Shown here piece after piece: positions 24,580 through 37,419 of a DNA stretch of 64,000 bases. The position numbers and the translations under genes are program-made. Source of the stretch: Hydrolagus colliei (taxonomy: Eukaryota); NCBI GenBank assembly GCA_035084275.1, contig CM068749.1:8122001-8186000 (forward strand), written 5' to 3'. The notes under the pieces are model-generated. The model saw only the letters and a program-made list of their open reading frames with translations. It made no database searches and was not told the DNA's origin. Numbering within the stretch: position 1 is the first letter of the stretch; each line of letters starts with the position of its first letter.

Positions 24580-24852
24580 CAGTTTGGAAGGATCAAACTA
24601 CTCCACAGTGACTGGGCAGGGGGCAAGAGGAGAAACCGTTTGAAGAAACAAAGTGAAACTGCTTTGTTAGGTAGGCTAGTGTAGTCCTGCTAAGGTGGAT
24701 GAGAGAGAGGCGGTGGATGATGATGCCATAGTCGACTATGTCAAACACGGCAGAGAGGTCCAGGAGGATGAGGAAGAGGGACCCCTGGTCAAGTCATTTG
24801 TGACCTTGATAAACGATGTTTCTGTGCTATGGGCAGGGTGGAAACCAAACCG
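24580..24852 (-). mobile_element. L2 reverse transcriptase internal fragment
   Basis: Minus strand: FGFHPAHSTETSFIKVTND / DQGSLFLILLDLSAVFDIVDYGIIIHRL, matching GFRxxHSTETALxKVxND...LLDLSAAFDTVDH. Confidence 0.85.
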
Positions 24853-25511
24853 GAGGGGCTCATGGAATCATTAATATTATCACAAGTCTATTCAACTGCA
24901 TGTTTTTGTCAAACATCCATTCTTCATCCAGTAAACCCCTCAAACTATCTAAATCCTGTCACTTTTTCACATTCGTTTGTTTGTGTTTACACACGTGAAA
25001 GGGCAAAACCTTATTCTCACCCAGAGAGACAAAAACACAAGGTGAAGATACATATCAGTACCAGCCTCACTTGCAGCAGAATTTCATTGTCCTTGGGAAT
25101 GTTTAATTGCAGCACTGTGTCCTGGACTGTGAAAGTTATTTTACTTTGTCTCTTGTCAATTGGATTAACCTTAAAGGTTTCTAGTGGAATATTGTTATCA
25201 TTAGATTGGGCTACTATCAAAATAAAAAGCTCCAGTTGCTGTGTAAAGTTGCAGAGTGTGTAATTTCTTCATGACGATGTTTCAAGTGCCTTACCGTAGC
25301 AAGTCCCCGAAGAAGCTTTGTGGTTAAGTGCCACAATGAAGGTGTATTGAAATGTAATGGAATGTGTCTATATTCTTTCATGCCTGGATTTCCTGCTGTA
25401 ACACTGATTAAAGACAGTGCTGCCAAAAACAAAGCACAGAATCCAAAGAAACAGTGAGCAAGATGCACTGCATTCAGTGCCACTGCCATTCCATAGTCTG
25501 CAGCTCAGTGT

Positions 25512-25813
25512 GGAGTCTTGCAGCTCAGTGGTTAGAGCGCTCACCTCGCAAGTGAGAGACCTGGGTTTGATTCTAGACAGGGCGAACCTTTGGGCAAATT
25601 TCCTTACTCCACATGCCTAATAATAATCCCTCAAAAAAATAATAATTTGGTCACTCAATCCACGACTGTTTGCGGGACACTACTGTGCGCAATTGGCTGC
25701 CACGTTATGCCCACAAATATAGCCAATTCACTTTACAGTATATTCTGTGAAGCGCTTTGAGAGGTCTAGAAGAAGTGAAAAGTGTTATATAAATATAAGG
25801 ATGATTATTATTA
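25512..25813 (+). mobile_element. Full-length short-form tRNA-derived SINE
   Basis: ggagtcttgcagctcagtggttagagcg head with anticodon-like loop ctcgcaa (CGC, Ala-like); body and tail as in the 10853 copy. Confidence 0.9.
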
Positions 25814-25819
25814 TAGCCG

Positions 25820-26060
25820 TCCCGCTTTCTTTCAAAAAGAGAAGGGAGTTCCTCCCAGTGTCCTGGCTAATACTCCAGCCCATAAAATTGACCACTCACC
25901 CTACAGCTGTTTGTGGGACATTGGTGTGTGCAAACTGGCTGCTGCAATTCAACTACAAAGTAGATAGTCAATTCATTTGACAGTATAGAGCAGTGAAGCA
26001 CTTTGAGAACGTCTCAATGACAAGATAACGCATTATAGCAAATGGATGGATTATTATTAT
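25820..26060 (+). mobile_element. Long-form DeuSINE 3' part abutting the previous SINE
   Basis: aaagagaagggagttcctcccagtgtcctggctaa...gctgtttgtgggacattg followed by the tail. Confidence 0.8.
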
Positions 26061-26739
26061 AGCACTCAAACTGCGATATCTATCCCAGGAATGTTAACTT
26101 GGGAGATTCAGGGAGCAGACAAATAGATAAACTCTGATCCAAGCATAAATTTCAAATGTGTCAAAGCAGTTCCTTACACTCTGTAAAAATCCTAAACCAG
26201 GTCATTTAAATAATACAAAACATCCTCATAAAATAATGTCATTCTCAGTATTTAACATACTAGATAGTCCCATTTCATCTAAAGTCTTTTATCTCTACTA
26301 TGGTAAGATTTGCATGTCTGATCTGTATAAATCGTATAATCGCCTAAGTCCGCTTGAATGTCATCAATCAGCTCCCCAGGGAACATAGCAAAAGTACATA
26401 ATAATAAGAAGAATTGCTGCTGGATAAACAATCAAAGTCCACCCATTTGCCTTCTACTATCCTGGCTGTCGCTTGCACATACCATGTCCCAAACTATGTA
26501 CTGTATCCCATGTTATTATTTCCTAAAATATATCTATCTAATTTGCTTTTGAAAGAATCACAACTTTCTGCTTCTGCTGTCTCCCTGGGCGGCCTGTTCC
26601 ATATTTACTACACTCTCAGAAAATATCCAGGTTGGCGTACCCAGTTAAATTACTGGTGCAATTTAGAGGTAGCTTTACTCTAGATGGAAATCTCAACTGC
26701 TGAGTTAGTGGGTAAAAACATCCGACACTGTGCCAAACA

Positions 26740-27010
26740 GACTGAAGGTTGCAGGTTCCAAAATGCCCCTCAGCAGTAAAAGTTCTACAATTGGCCTCTG
26801 TGTCCCTGGTTTAGGTATGGAAAAATCAGCCACGGCTTTTGCTTCTGATTGTTGTACAGAACCGTGCCTGATGGCATTTCTATGTGATATCAGGCAAGGA
26901 CAGAGCTCAGCTGCGATGCCGCCCCCAACCTCCCACTGCAATCAAATAACTTGCCAACACTCACTATCAAGACTCGTAAATGAATAATGGGCAAGTTACT
27001 GGCGGTATAC
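26740..27010 (+). mobile_element. Old SINE-like repeat, better preserved copy of the 3135-3420 family
   Basis: ctacaattggcctctgtgtccctggtttagg...gaaaaatcagcca...aggacagagctcagctgcgatgcc...tcaaataacttgccaacactcact. Resembles a common shark repeat by recall. Confidence 0.6.
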
Positions 27011-27479
27011 CCAAACTGCACTACATTATGGTTATCAACGCATCGATTTCCCCTCTTTGTCAAGGTTGCATTCCCCCCTTCCTACTAATCTTGACTGAGG
27101 GGCTTGAGTCTTCCAGTTTACTCTTGCACTCTCTGCCCAAGTGGGTCTCACTGTCAACAAAAAACACACAAGCGCAGAACTGGGCTACTCGGTATAGCGA
27201 AGAAAAACATCTGGTGGTTTATCCTGGTCCAGATTGTGGCATTTTTTAACAGAATTGCTTAATACAGTACAATGCCATCCCAAGTTGGATTCCTCTGGTA
27301 ATCTGATATATGGAAGTAGTTTCTTCAGGTCAGCTTAGTACTTAACAGTTCCCCTGCTTCATCCCCCCATCGTTTGTGACACAACAGTTATTAGTAAGGA
27401 ATCTCATTAGGATACATCACAATTTGGACACCGATTCCATTCAGAAAGAAAACAGGAAGAATGAGATCTCTGTTAAAAC

Positions 27480-27720
27480 ACTACATATTTCTAAAGTGGC
27501 GATTAAGAATTACACCTGACGCACAGTGCCGTGCAGTCCAGGGCTTTTAAAGAATATTGTGGCTGATCTAATTGCAGCACAGATGGAAAGGGAGGCTTGA
27601 AGCCGGTCTATCGATTGGATTAACTGCCTAATTCCCCACAGCAAAATGTAATGCTAAATCTGGCGGCTCAGGCATGGCAGGAAACTTGTTGCATTGAAGT
27701 GCTGATGCTTTTAAGTGTAT
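27480..27720. promoter_or_regulatory. Candidate intronic enhancer
   Basis: CTAATTG (27568), CAGATG (27580), GGATTA (27617), CTAATT (27628), with several retained CpGs. Confidence 0.35.
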
Positions 27721-28559
27721 GTGCTTTTTCTATTAAGATGTATTGTTCATAAAGAGAAAGAAGTTTCTTCCAATTTCCTGTACAACAAATTTCCTTAAAC
27801 AAAATTGATCACTCACTAGATGGCTATTTGTGGGGACATTGCTGTGCAAATAAGGACCATCTTTCCATGACATTTTCCTACCAGAAATATAACACCCAGC
27901 TATACTTTTTCCTCTATCTTCTAGTTAGTGGTAGTACTTTGCCCTTAGACTTCCTTCCTCTAATGAGAAGGAATGAATATGGCACAGCACGTTGATGGAA
28001 CATAGAATGCCAGAATGCAGGTTCAAGCCTGAAATTGCCAAGCTTGGTCACACCAGACATTGCTCCTCGTCAAAGAGCAGTCATAAACCTTTCCACAAAG
28101 GAGGGTATGAGAATCCACTGGAAGTCCCCTGGTTACAACCTGTAATTCACTACTACTTTCATTAAACCATCTAATCGCTTTGATGATACTCTAACCTGTA
28201 AATCACTCCTAGGTATTCAGCATACAAATACAGATGAATACACACATAGAAAATACATCAGACTCCTTTGATTATAATGCAAGTTGTACCTCACCTAGAG
28301 GTAGTCATTATTCTATATGTAAGTATATATAATCATACATATATATGTAGTATATCCCTTCTGAGTTACTCACTATTGTATATAAACTATCTGAACCTCA
28401 CTATTTTATGACACAATTTCATTCCTTGATGCATTATAGCCACAGGTAGTGCGATCTTCCATGGACAACGTTTGGATAGGTTAAATTTACTTGAGGAGTT
28501 ATGCTATCGTTCCAGAAAATCTCAATGTAAAATAACTGCAAACAAAACTAAACGTTGTG

Positions 28560-29060
28560 TTGACTCAGGATGGCAGTGCTGAAATGGATATTATTCTCAC
28601 CTTTGTCAATAGCATCAACAATAGTGACTACAATGGACTTGCTATTAATAAATTACATTTTAATGTAGACACCATAAACATAAAACCCGTCATTTCAAAA
28701 TCTCACAAATTCTCTTTTGGTTATTCAGACTTTGGGGCTCCGCCCAAATAGCTCGCCAAGTCAAAAGCTTTGCAAAACCCATGGACAGGAGGTGGAGAAA
28801 TAATAAATATCATGGGTGTTATACAATAATTGATGGTTAAGGGGCTTACAACAGATAATCCCCTTTGAATAATCGCACGGATGCAGCCTGCAAAGTTGTG
28901 GCAGGCAAATTGCCAATTTAAGGCCAGGAGGTTGCACTGAATCCAGCAGCCTGGACACACAAACAGCCTTTCCATTGTCGGTAAAGCTCACTGGTAAAAT
29001 AGCTGACATTTTCCTAAATGCTGGGACATGGATGTTGCCATTTACTATCATGGACGCGAA
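28560..29060. promoter_or_regulatory. Candidate intronic enhancer
   Basis: About 500 nt repeat-free; CCATAAA (28672), TAATTG (28827), TAATCC (28856) and Sox-like CTTTGT/AACAAT/CATTGT. Confidence 0.35.
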
Positions 29061-29469
29061 AGGATTTGTAATCCGAACAGAGTATTGAGAAGTGTTCTCT
29101 TGTTTTCAGTGAAATGGTATTTTAGGATTTATTTATTGATAAACCAAGATAAAAGGCTGCAGTTTAGGACATCCCCAGGGCTAAAAATATTGGGTGTGGA
29201 AACAAAATATATCGAGGCATAGTGGTTAGGCATCACCAAGTTTTTAAAGAGCTGTCAATTTTAGGAAGAAGAGAATAAAATATAGTGGGCAATAAGGAGC
29301 TGTACAATCTTCAGCTTCTGGAAAAGCACCAGTGGAAGTTAGCCAGTATGATTGAACATTTATTTCAACAGTGATGGTGCGAGAAGAACTGTATACTGTA
29401 TTTGGAGATTGGAAAGAAATGGAAGAGCAAAGACAATGGCAGTAAAGTTTTTTTGTCACATGGGTGATT

Positions 29470-29585
29470 ATAATAATATTAATAATAATCCTTGCATTTG
29501 ATATAGCGCTTTTCACATCTTATCGACATCTCAAAGTGCTTCACAAAATATACTGTAAAGTGAATTGACTATATTTGTGGGCAAA
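29470..29585 (-). mobile_element. SINE 3' tail
   Basis: aataataatccttgcatttgatatagcgcttttcacatc...tatttgtgggcaaa. Confidence 0.85.
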
Positions 29586-29899
29586 TTATACACAAATAAC
29601 TGATCTGACAAATGTTTACGTGCATACTTGGGTCATATATGTGAAACCAAAGCAAGTGATCGGGACTTTCTTGGTCTGGATAATTTGTTTCCCACTTGAG
29701 AAAAAGCAATTGTGTGTAGAAGATCACCTGAGTGTTCTTTAAGGCTGTACCGAAGGGCTTAGATTTTCTCGGCTAGCTATCCACAGACTTGTTGGTGGAC
29801 AAGTCTGTGGATAACTTGCTCAATATGGCTTCCTGCTTTACAGCCGAATTATAAACCTTGCAGATAATGCATACTTGGCATAAAAAAAGTTAATTATTT

Positions 29900-30257
29900 C
29901 AATCATTTACATTCTTTATTCATTTTCTGCTTGTTTCTTCTTTCAGCTCTCTGGTGTTATCTCTAAAAATCTCTCCTAGTTTCACAACCCCATCTAAATG
30001 TTAACTCTTTGATCATGCCTTGGGCCACCTGCCTTCTAACCCTTTCCACGCCCTTTGCCCTTCTTGGTGACAACAATCCCACAGATAAAATTGGTCATTC
30101 CCTTCCTAGCTGTTTGTAGAATCTTTTGCACACAAATTGGATGCCACATTTGCTTACAAAATTCAGAGTAACTATACTGTTAACTATGTGAAATGCCTTA
30201 AGGTGTCCTCCTGATGTGAAATATGTGATATAAAATGCTAGAATTCTTAATATTATA
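29900..30257 (+). mobile_element. Decayed L2 3' end followed by a diverged SINE 3' half
   Basis: ctctttgatcatgccttgggccacc (LFDHA-like), then aaaattggtcatt...gctgtttgt...cacaaattggatgccacatttgc and tail. Confidence 0.6.
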
Positions 30258-31957
30258 TTCATTTATTCTTCTGAAACCCCTTCAGATGTTTTTCTATATA
30301 AAATGAGGTATACAAATGTAGTTGTTGTTTCTCATTCTCCTTTAATAAAAAGCCCAGGCAGTGCAAGAGACGATGGAACCAGATTTGGGTGGAAATGCTG
30401 GATAACACTGAAAAGACAGCAAATACTTCCCACAAAATCTTCAACATACAGATGTGGGAGCTGAACTCAAGAGGAACAGATGTTGAATTGCACAGTTGAT
30501 GTTTATTTCACAAGAGGAAATCCGAGGCACTTCAATATGTAATGTACTTATGCACTAGCTCCCCTCAATGGTAGTGACTGGCGTTTGCCTGAATTGGCAG
30601 GCCACAGTGTGTTAAACTCAATTGGTGTTTGCTTATTTCTGCACGCTGACACTAAATACCCAACATAAATTAACAAGATGCGTCAAATAGAATAATCCAC
30701 TTTAATGCCAACAACAGCATTTCCAAAGAACTTCTAGAGTTAATTTCAGTGTCGTTTACACTTACAAGAGTAAGAAATAAACCTTAATTGTGTGTGTCAT
30801 TTTGTTGTTGTTGTCATCTTTGGTGAGGAATTTGTTCTCAAATCAACACACTTATTTAAAAATTAAAAATAAAAGGACTGGATCGATTTAACTCTCAATT
30901 ACTGCAGAATGCAATGGATGCACTGAGTTGGTTGCACCAGTATTTAGACTTCACTCCCCTTCCTTTCTCCAGCAAATCCTTCAAATGTTCAGTAATATGC
31001 CTGTTTTGCTCCTATTCTAAATTGTGGGATTCATCATTTTATCCCAGTATAAAACTTAAGAGCCGATCTTCGATGTGGGAAAATGAAAACATCCCTAGAA
31101 CATAGATCACTTACAGACACTGTTGGGAGCTGCCTTCCCTCACTTTGGGTCGATATGGGCATGATCCCGAGAGACATGGGCCTATAATCTACATCAATGC
31201 TGTGTAAAAAGTATGGATATTGATTTCAAAATAATTTGCCCTCCCTCTTATCCAGCAATATCAATTACTTTCAGGGCTAGGTCAGTCATAGTCCCTGCTT
31301 AAAAACTGACAAATATGAATAATACTGAACGACAGATCGATCAAGTATAAAGGGTTTGCAAATTTGACCCTCTCGCTCCCAGAGACGTTAGGCAATCATG
31401 TCTTTCACAGCATGTGACGGGTCCCCCCCCCACCAGTAGTTTGGGTTCCTGAAGGGTTAAAATATAATCAAAGTAGTGAACGTATAATAGTATACTATCA
31501 GGTGCTAAAAAAAACATTTGTGATCTGAAATCTCTAATAACTCTGATTCAGTTGAGTCCTAATATAATTGATTTCTCTTTTTTTGACCTTGCCAAAAAAA
31601 CACTTGATTTTAATAGAGATTTGATCTGCTCAGCAGGCGAAACCACATTAAGATAAGGAATGAGAGGTTTAAAAATGCTGATCTTAAAGGGGAAGTAGAC
31701 TTTTATTTGAAGTCCCAGAATAGACATTTTCCTACCATTCTAGTTTCCCCATGATCTTCAAATAAAATCTTTAGGTTTCAAATGTTTAATATCACCATTT
31801 ATAAGGCTGCTCTTAGTTATACCAACAGGTCAGACAGACCATTTAATGTGGCCCTGGTCAGTCCTTGTGAAACCGATAAAGGTTCTCTCTCCTCCCCACA
31901 CAGTTTAAATGAGATTAAGTGGTTATAAAAATGTTCTGATGCTTAGGCAATGATGAG

Positions 31958-32598
31958 AATAACAATAATTCTTGCATTGGTTATTTAGCATCCTATCACA
32001 TCACCAAAACGTCTCAAAGGATTTATATAATAAATAAATAATCCTTGCATTTGATATAGCGGTTTTCACGTCTTCTAAACGTCTCAAAGCGCTGCACAGA
32101 ATAAACTGTAAAGTGAATTGACTGTATATTTGTGGGCGAAACGCGGCAGCCAATTGTGCACAGCAGTGTCCCACAAACAGTCGTGGATTGAAATGACCAA
32201 TTTTATTATTGTTTTTTTGGGGAGGGATTATTATTAGGTATGTGGAGTAAGGAAACCTGCCTATGGTTTTGCCCTGACCTGCACGCAAGGCGAATTCTCT
32301 AACCACTCAGCTACAGGACTCCACAAAACGGAATATATGTAAAGTGAATTGACAGTCCCATAAACAGTTGTGGATTGACTGACCAAATTATTATTTTGGG
32401 GAGGATTATTACCCCCGAAAGGCAACCTGCCAATTGAGTAACAACCAGGTTCCTACTTACTGCTAGGCAAAGAGAGGCGTGTGGAGGAAGTAAACTGCTT
32501 AAGGTTTCACCCTGCCTGGAAATCAAACCCAGGTCCTCTCGCTTGCAAGGTGACCGGTCTAACACTAAAGGCCTCAACTTAATACACTACAGGACTTC
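31958..32598 (-). mobile_element. Older intermediate-form SINE hosting the 32036 insertion
   Basis: Tail at 31958-32020, body resuming at 32325, extra block at about 32412-32474, tRNA head at 32500-32598. Confidence 0.8.
32036..32323 (-). mobile_element. Near full-length short-form SINE (B-box region deleted)
   Basis: Tail at 32036-32060, body closely matching the 56288 copy, head ending ...taaccactcagctacaggactcc. Confidence 0.9.
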
Positions 32599-35199
32599 AC
32601 GAGTACAGAATTACTTGAACGTGCAGGCAGTGACAGCATGTGATATCAGGTGCATCACCCAGCAAGGAGAAAGGATGCCCCTCTGGATAAACTCTTTATG
32701 CAGCTTCCATCATCTGATTACACAACAGCTGGAAGGAACCCAGTCTGTTCAGACAGAGAGAGGATGTGTCATAAGATACGATAAATGATAAATTCCATTG
32801 TTTAAAATGGGAAGACAGAGGCAAGTGCACACTCCTGGCTCTATCCCAAATCTTCATTTTACCAATTCAATATTCCCTTATGCATTGTTCATCGCTTCCT
32901 CCTCCAACTATCATTGCCAAATCCCTGATTCACTATGTCCAACCATTCCTCTCTGAATGTGTAAAGCTCCCTAACTCTTCCACTGTACCCTACCATCCAT
33001 GGCACTGCAAATGCATGCAATCCACTATCTCTGCAACTACATGCTACCCTTCTATAACACTGCGTATGCGTGCAACCCACTTGCTGTGTCGTGAGGTTTC
33101 CGTTCAAGATATTGCACAACAAGTGTGAGGCACTGAGTTAATGAGAGCAAGTATTTATGTGATATCATGACAAAAACTTCATTTCACTTTGTACAATGCG
33201 AAACACTTTGTTTGTGTGTAAAACGTTTAAGCAAATAATCCGTAAACTGCAGTGGCAGAGTTTTCAGAGGGGCAGATAATGCAACATTGGTGGCTTACAA
33301 ATGTTTGCTTCTGACTCACCAGGCAAGTTTACATCAGATATAAGAAACCTGAGCCAATGAGAGTTAGGACATAGCAAACCACTATGCTCCTTGGATTTTG
33401 TGTTTCCATTTCCACCAGTCTGCTTTAAAGTGTTGTTCAGAGCAAAGCATTTAGAGGGCAGGCAATAGGTATAAGATGGGAGAAGGGTTCACTCTTCAAT
33501 TTGTAATCTAGTCTTCACTCTTTGGTATCACCTTCTCTATGCATCAAAATGAAGCAGGTATCATAAATTTTATTATGTGTTCCTCAACACAGCTTTAAAT
33601 TAACTGTTAAAATCCAGGCTTTAAAACATATAATATTATAAAGCTCTGCCACTCAATGATCTAAGAAACGCAGACAGTTTGCAGGCACAGATTTCCTCAC
33701 AAAGCCTCACAAATTAAGGAAGACAGTTCTTTTAAAGCCATTTACAAAGTATACAAGTGGGAACAGAAATGAGATCAGAAGCAGTATGTTTCAAAGAAGA
33801 CGATAAGAGCATTAGATCTGAAAAGCAATATAAGATGGATAGATCTCTGTTCTCTTTATTTTCCCCATGGATGAAGGTCCCCACGGAGCAAAAACTATAC
33901 TGAGGATTTGTATACACAAAACATTTACTGTATTAAAAGTAATGCATGTGTGGGCAGTTGCTCCGTCTAATCTCTTTGCTTTGTATTCACCAGTCAATAC
34001 GTTTTGGTAAAAGGATTTTACCTGGGACAAATCTGCAGTTATTTTCCCACCTCCAATTATATGTTCAGTCTTCTTTAATGGAAAGAAAATGAATGACACA
34101 ATACTCTATTGTACAACATCATCAAAGTACACTTCAAGAATATAGGAAAGCTACAGCTTGTCTACATGCTGCAATGAATTGCCAGCAAACTAAAACAATG
34201 TTAAAATCTCCCCCAACCCCGACACCCCCAACACATACACACACACAGCTTTACAGCATATGTCACCTGTAAGCTTATCCTTAATGTAATTTGCTCATCA
34301 GCTGCTTTGATTCATTTTACATGTAGAAAACCCTCCTCCGTGTCTAATCTTATGAGCTGGCCCAGCAATAGGCTGCAGCACTGCTTATCTTGTTAGCTTC
34401 TATTAAGAATGTACTACGGCATTCTCTGCTTTTAGCTTCCTAACAGAGTTTGGTTTGCACGACACAAGCAATGCAAGATCATGAATGGCCGTTTCACTGC
34501 ACTCAGTAAATAGCTTAGTCTTGAGCAGGTTTTTTTTTTGCCGAACCCATCAGCCAAGGGGTCAGATTTCTTTTTGGTGCATGAGCTAATGCTCTGAGTG
34601 AGGCTTGATGGAATCAGGGAAAATTGGATTGTACCCACATTTAGTGGCCCCATTTAGTCATCCCATTACTGGAAACGCTATAGAAAAGCCTTTCAAATGC
34701 CAGAAAATCTTCATGGTACAGCAAAAAAAAAGCACCAACCTTACAAACTGGCTAATCCTGCTAGCGGCGTTTTAAGTAATAAAATGACAAAATATATTGC
34801 TTATACTGCAAATTGAAACAACACAAAACTAAGCAGAAACCTGACCTCTAACCTATAGAAGTTGGCCCTGCAATGCATCACTTTTTCCAGTTTCAAATTG
34901 CCTGCATTATACAAGCAGTAGTGGATTCTCTACCCCATTTCCTCACAGATGCACACAGAAAGACTACAAACTCAAGAAAGCAGGTCTCAAGTCTACAAAA
35001 CTACACGTTCCGCGTTACTTACAGCAAACATCTCAGTTTTATGGGCTGCTCGACCGTACCAATCTTTATGTAAATGTGGAGCCCAATCTACACAGTATTC
35101 AGTGTGATAAAGTAGTTCAATTGTTTGTATTATAAGGGTGGCAGCAGAAGTTTGTATTAGAAGTGTGGTGATGCTCCATTTGTCGGATGAAGAATGACC

Positions 35200-35470
35200 A
35201 ACCAGTGCCTATCCTCCTGGGGAAGGGAAGGTAAGTAAGCAAGGTCTTGTTGGACTGAGCTGGATAGTGAGAAAAGAGAGATGTTTTCCAGAAAGTTTTT
35301 GGAGATGTGGAAAGAAATTTTGTCAAGTGTTCAATATAGTAGTGAAATAGTGGCTCAAGGCTCTGCCACTGACGGTGGGCTGGAGGGAATGTGAAGCAAG
35401 TAGTAGTAATTCAGAGTCGGTGGAAACAAATAAGGCTGAAGAAGATAGGACAAAATAAGGCAGGAGAAGA
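35200..35470 (-). mobile_element. Decayed L2 3' end
   Basis: Minus-strand PTVSGRALSHY (cf. TxGGRAFSHY), followed by TFWKTSLF (cf. FKxxLKTxLF). Confidence 0.65.
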
Positions 35471-35997
35471 TGGCAGAAGTAAGGAAATATGATATTAAAC
35501 TCAGCTACCATTCCTCTATAAACACTCAATACCACTTAAATGGAAAGATAAAAGGATGTGCTTTAGAGCAACTGAATTAAAAACACTGTCAGACAGCTAA
35601 AAATATTTTAATGCTTGACAGAAGTACTGCAGCACCGGCCAGCATAAATCAAATAAGTCTTAGTATGTACAAATCATAAATCATAAAGCATTTCTGATAT
35701 GATTGGGAAACTAGTCTACCAATTATATGACCAATAATGGATGGCTGTGAATATATTACAACGCAGTTTTTTTTAATAGAGACATTCCAGACTATCCAGT
35801 AATGCTTTACATCACCAGAACTTCAAGACTGGCAGTATTGTCAAGAATTTATTTGGGCAAGTTTTATTGTAGGCTGAAGTAGATATAATATTAAAAGTTT
35901 CTGGAAGATAAGATCAGTTTACATAAGTTCGCTCCTGATGTTCATTCACACTTCATGAGAGGGTTGGAGAATTATATGTGTTAGAGAGAGGAGGAAA

Positions 35998-36000
<3 letters not shown>

Positions 36001-36035
<35 letters not shown>

Positions 36036-36043
36036 AGAGAGAG
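36001..36043. repeat. (GA)n microsatellite
   Basis: (GA)16 at 36001-36032 plus an imperfect extension. A shorter (GA)8 lies at 20881-20896. Confidence 0.95.
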
Positions 36044-36254
36044 GAAAGGGGGGAAAATGTGAGAGCGGGATAATGTGGGACAGTAAATTGGTGGTGGGGG
36101 GCGATTATGAGAAGCCATTTGTTACTGGGCATAGTTGGATGCTGATTAATCCAACAGAGTCACCGTCCTGACAAGTAACAGAGAATCTAGAAGAAATCCA
36201 AGCAGACCTAAGATGCATGGCCTGCTGGGTTAAGCACCCTGCCTTTCCCCCTCT

Positions 36255-36475
36255 TGTCACTATTCGAAAAAAAGAAAGGAGTTCCTCAGGTTGTCCTGTT
36301 CAACAATAACCAGATAAAATTGATCATGCACTTCATGGTTATGTGTGGGACATTGCTCGGCAAAAATAGGTTCCCACATTTACCAACAAAATACACTTTT
36401 CTGTTAAACAATCCCGTGAAGCATCATGTGGTATATCAATCACATAAGGCGTTATATCTATTGCAAGGATTCTTT
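36255..36475 (+). mobile_element. Long-form DeuSINE 3' part, diverged
   Basis: cactattcgaaaaaaagaaaggagttcctc...tgtgggacattgct followed by the tail. Confidence 0.7.
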
Positions 36476-37419
36476 TATATGAAAGTCTGCTCACTTTAAA
36501 TGCTGAACTGGCCTTGTGTGTATCATGAGTTAGTCAGTGTCCATCAGTCCTAGAGACTACGCATTCTATCTCATTGTCGACAAATTAAGAAAGGAGGTTG
36601 TCAGTTATTGTGCAGCATGTAGAACTCAAAATTAGTCATTAATTCTTAGAAGGTGAGGAAAGGGGAAAATTGGAACACAAAAATAAATGAACATAATTCT
36701 TGATCAGAGCCCTCGGTTTATTCTTTTATATAAAACTAATTTCAGTCTTGCTGTTTCTCTCCCTGGTGTTCCCTCTTTCATCTCCACACTTACCATCTTT
36801 TCTTTATGAGATTTGTTTATTTATGTGCTGCGCATCATTATATCATCGTGACAGCTTTGTTTCCTCCCCCTTGCTGTTTATGGCACTGTAGTATGAAGGA
36901 TGGAGGCTTTATTCCAAGCTCTACTAGTTCTACACAAAGCACAGATTTCCCTACACTGGGGGCAGCTTCATAAAGTTCAGAGGAAGAAATGATTTGATCT
37001 AATGCTTCCAGAATTCTCACCCTTCCACTTCTCATCAAAGCATCCAGCACAGCATAGCTGTTTCTTAAATAAGACTGGTGTCCTGATAGTACATTCAGTA
37101 CTAGTATCCTCTGAATTCCCTGCTTGCTGCACCATGCATCATCTAGCAGTACCGGTCTCCTCACGTTTGATGTCTCACACAAACTCGTGTGAAGGCACTA
37201 CCAGTGAATGATATTTTAGGATATTTTCGTCTTGGTAATGAAACTTCCTCTCAGAGAGTATTTTGCACAGATCGATTTACTCGGTTAATGGCCAACTTTC
37301 ATTAAAACTATAATGAGACAACATTTCAGCTTCTCGACTTCACAAGTCCCAACTATAAAAGCTAAAAGTGGTGCTGGTTAATAATCTTCAGAATGGAAGT
37401 AAAAGAGAAATGCAATAAT

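Noticed and set aside
29778-29813. miRNA precursor or intrinsic terminator (also 18706, 40099, 55803)
   Set aside because: Stems of 13-15 bp are too short for pre-miRNAs, and bacterial terminators do not apply here. They are kept only as a mutational-signature finding.
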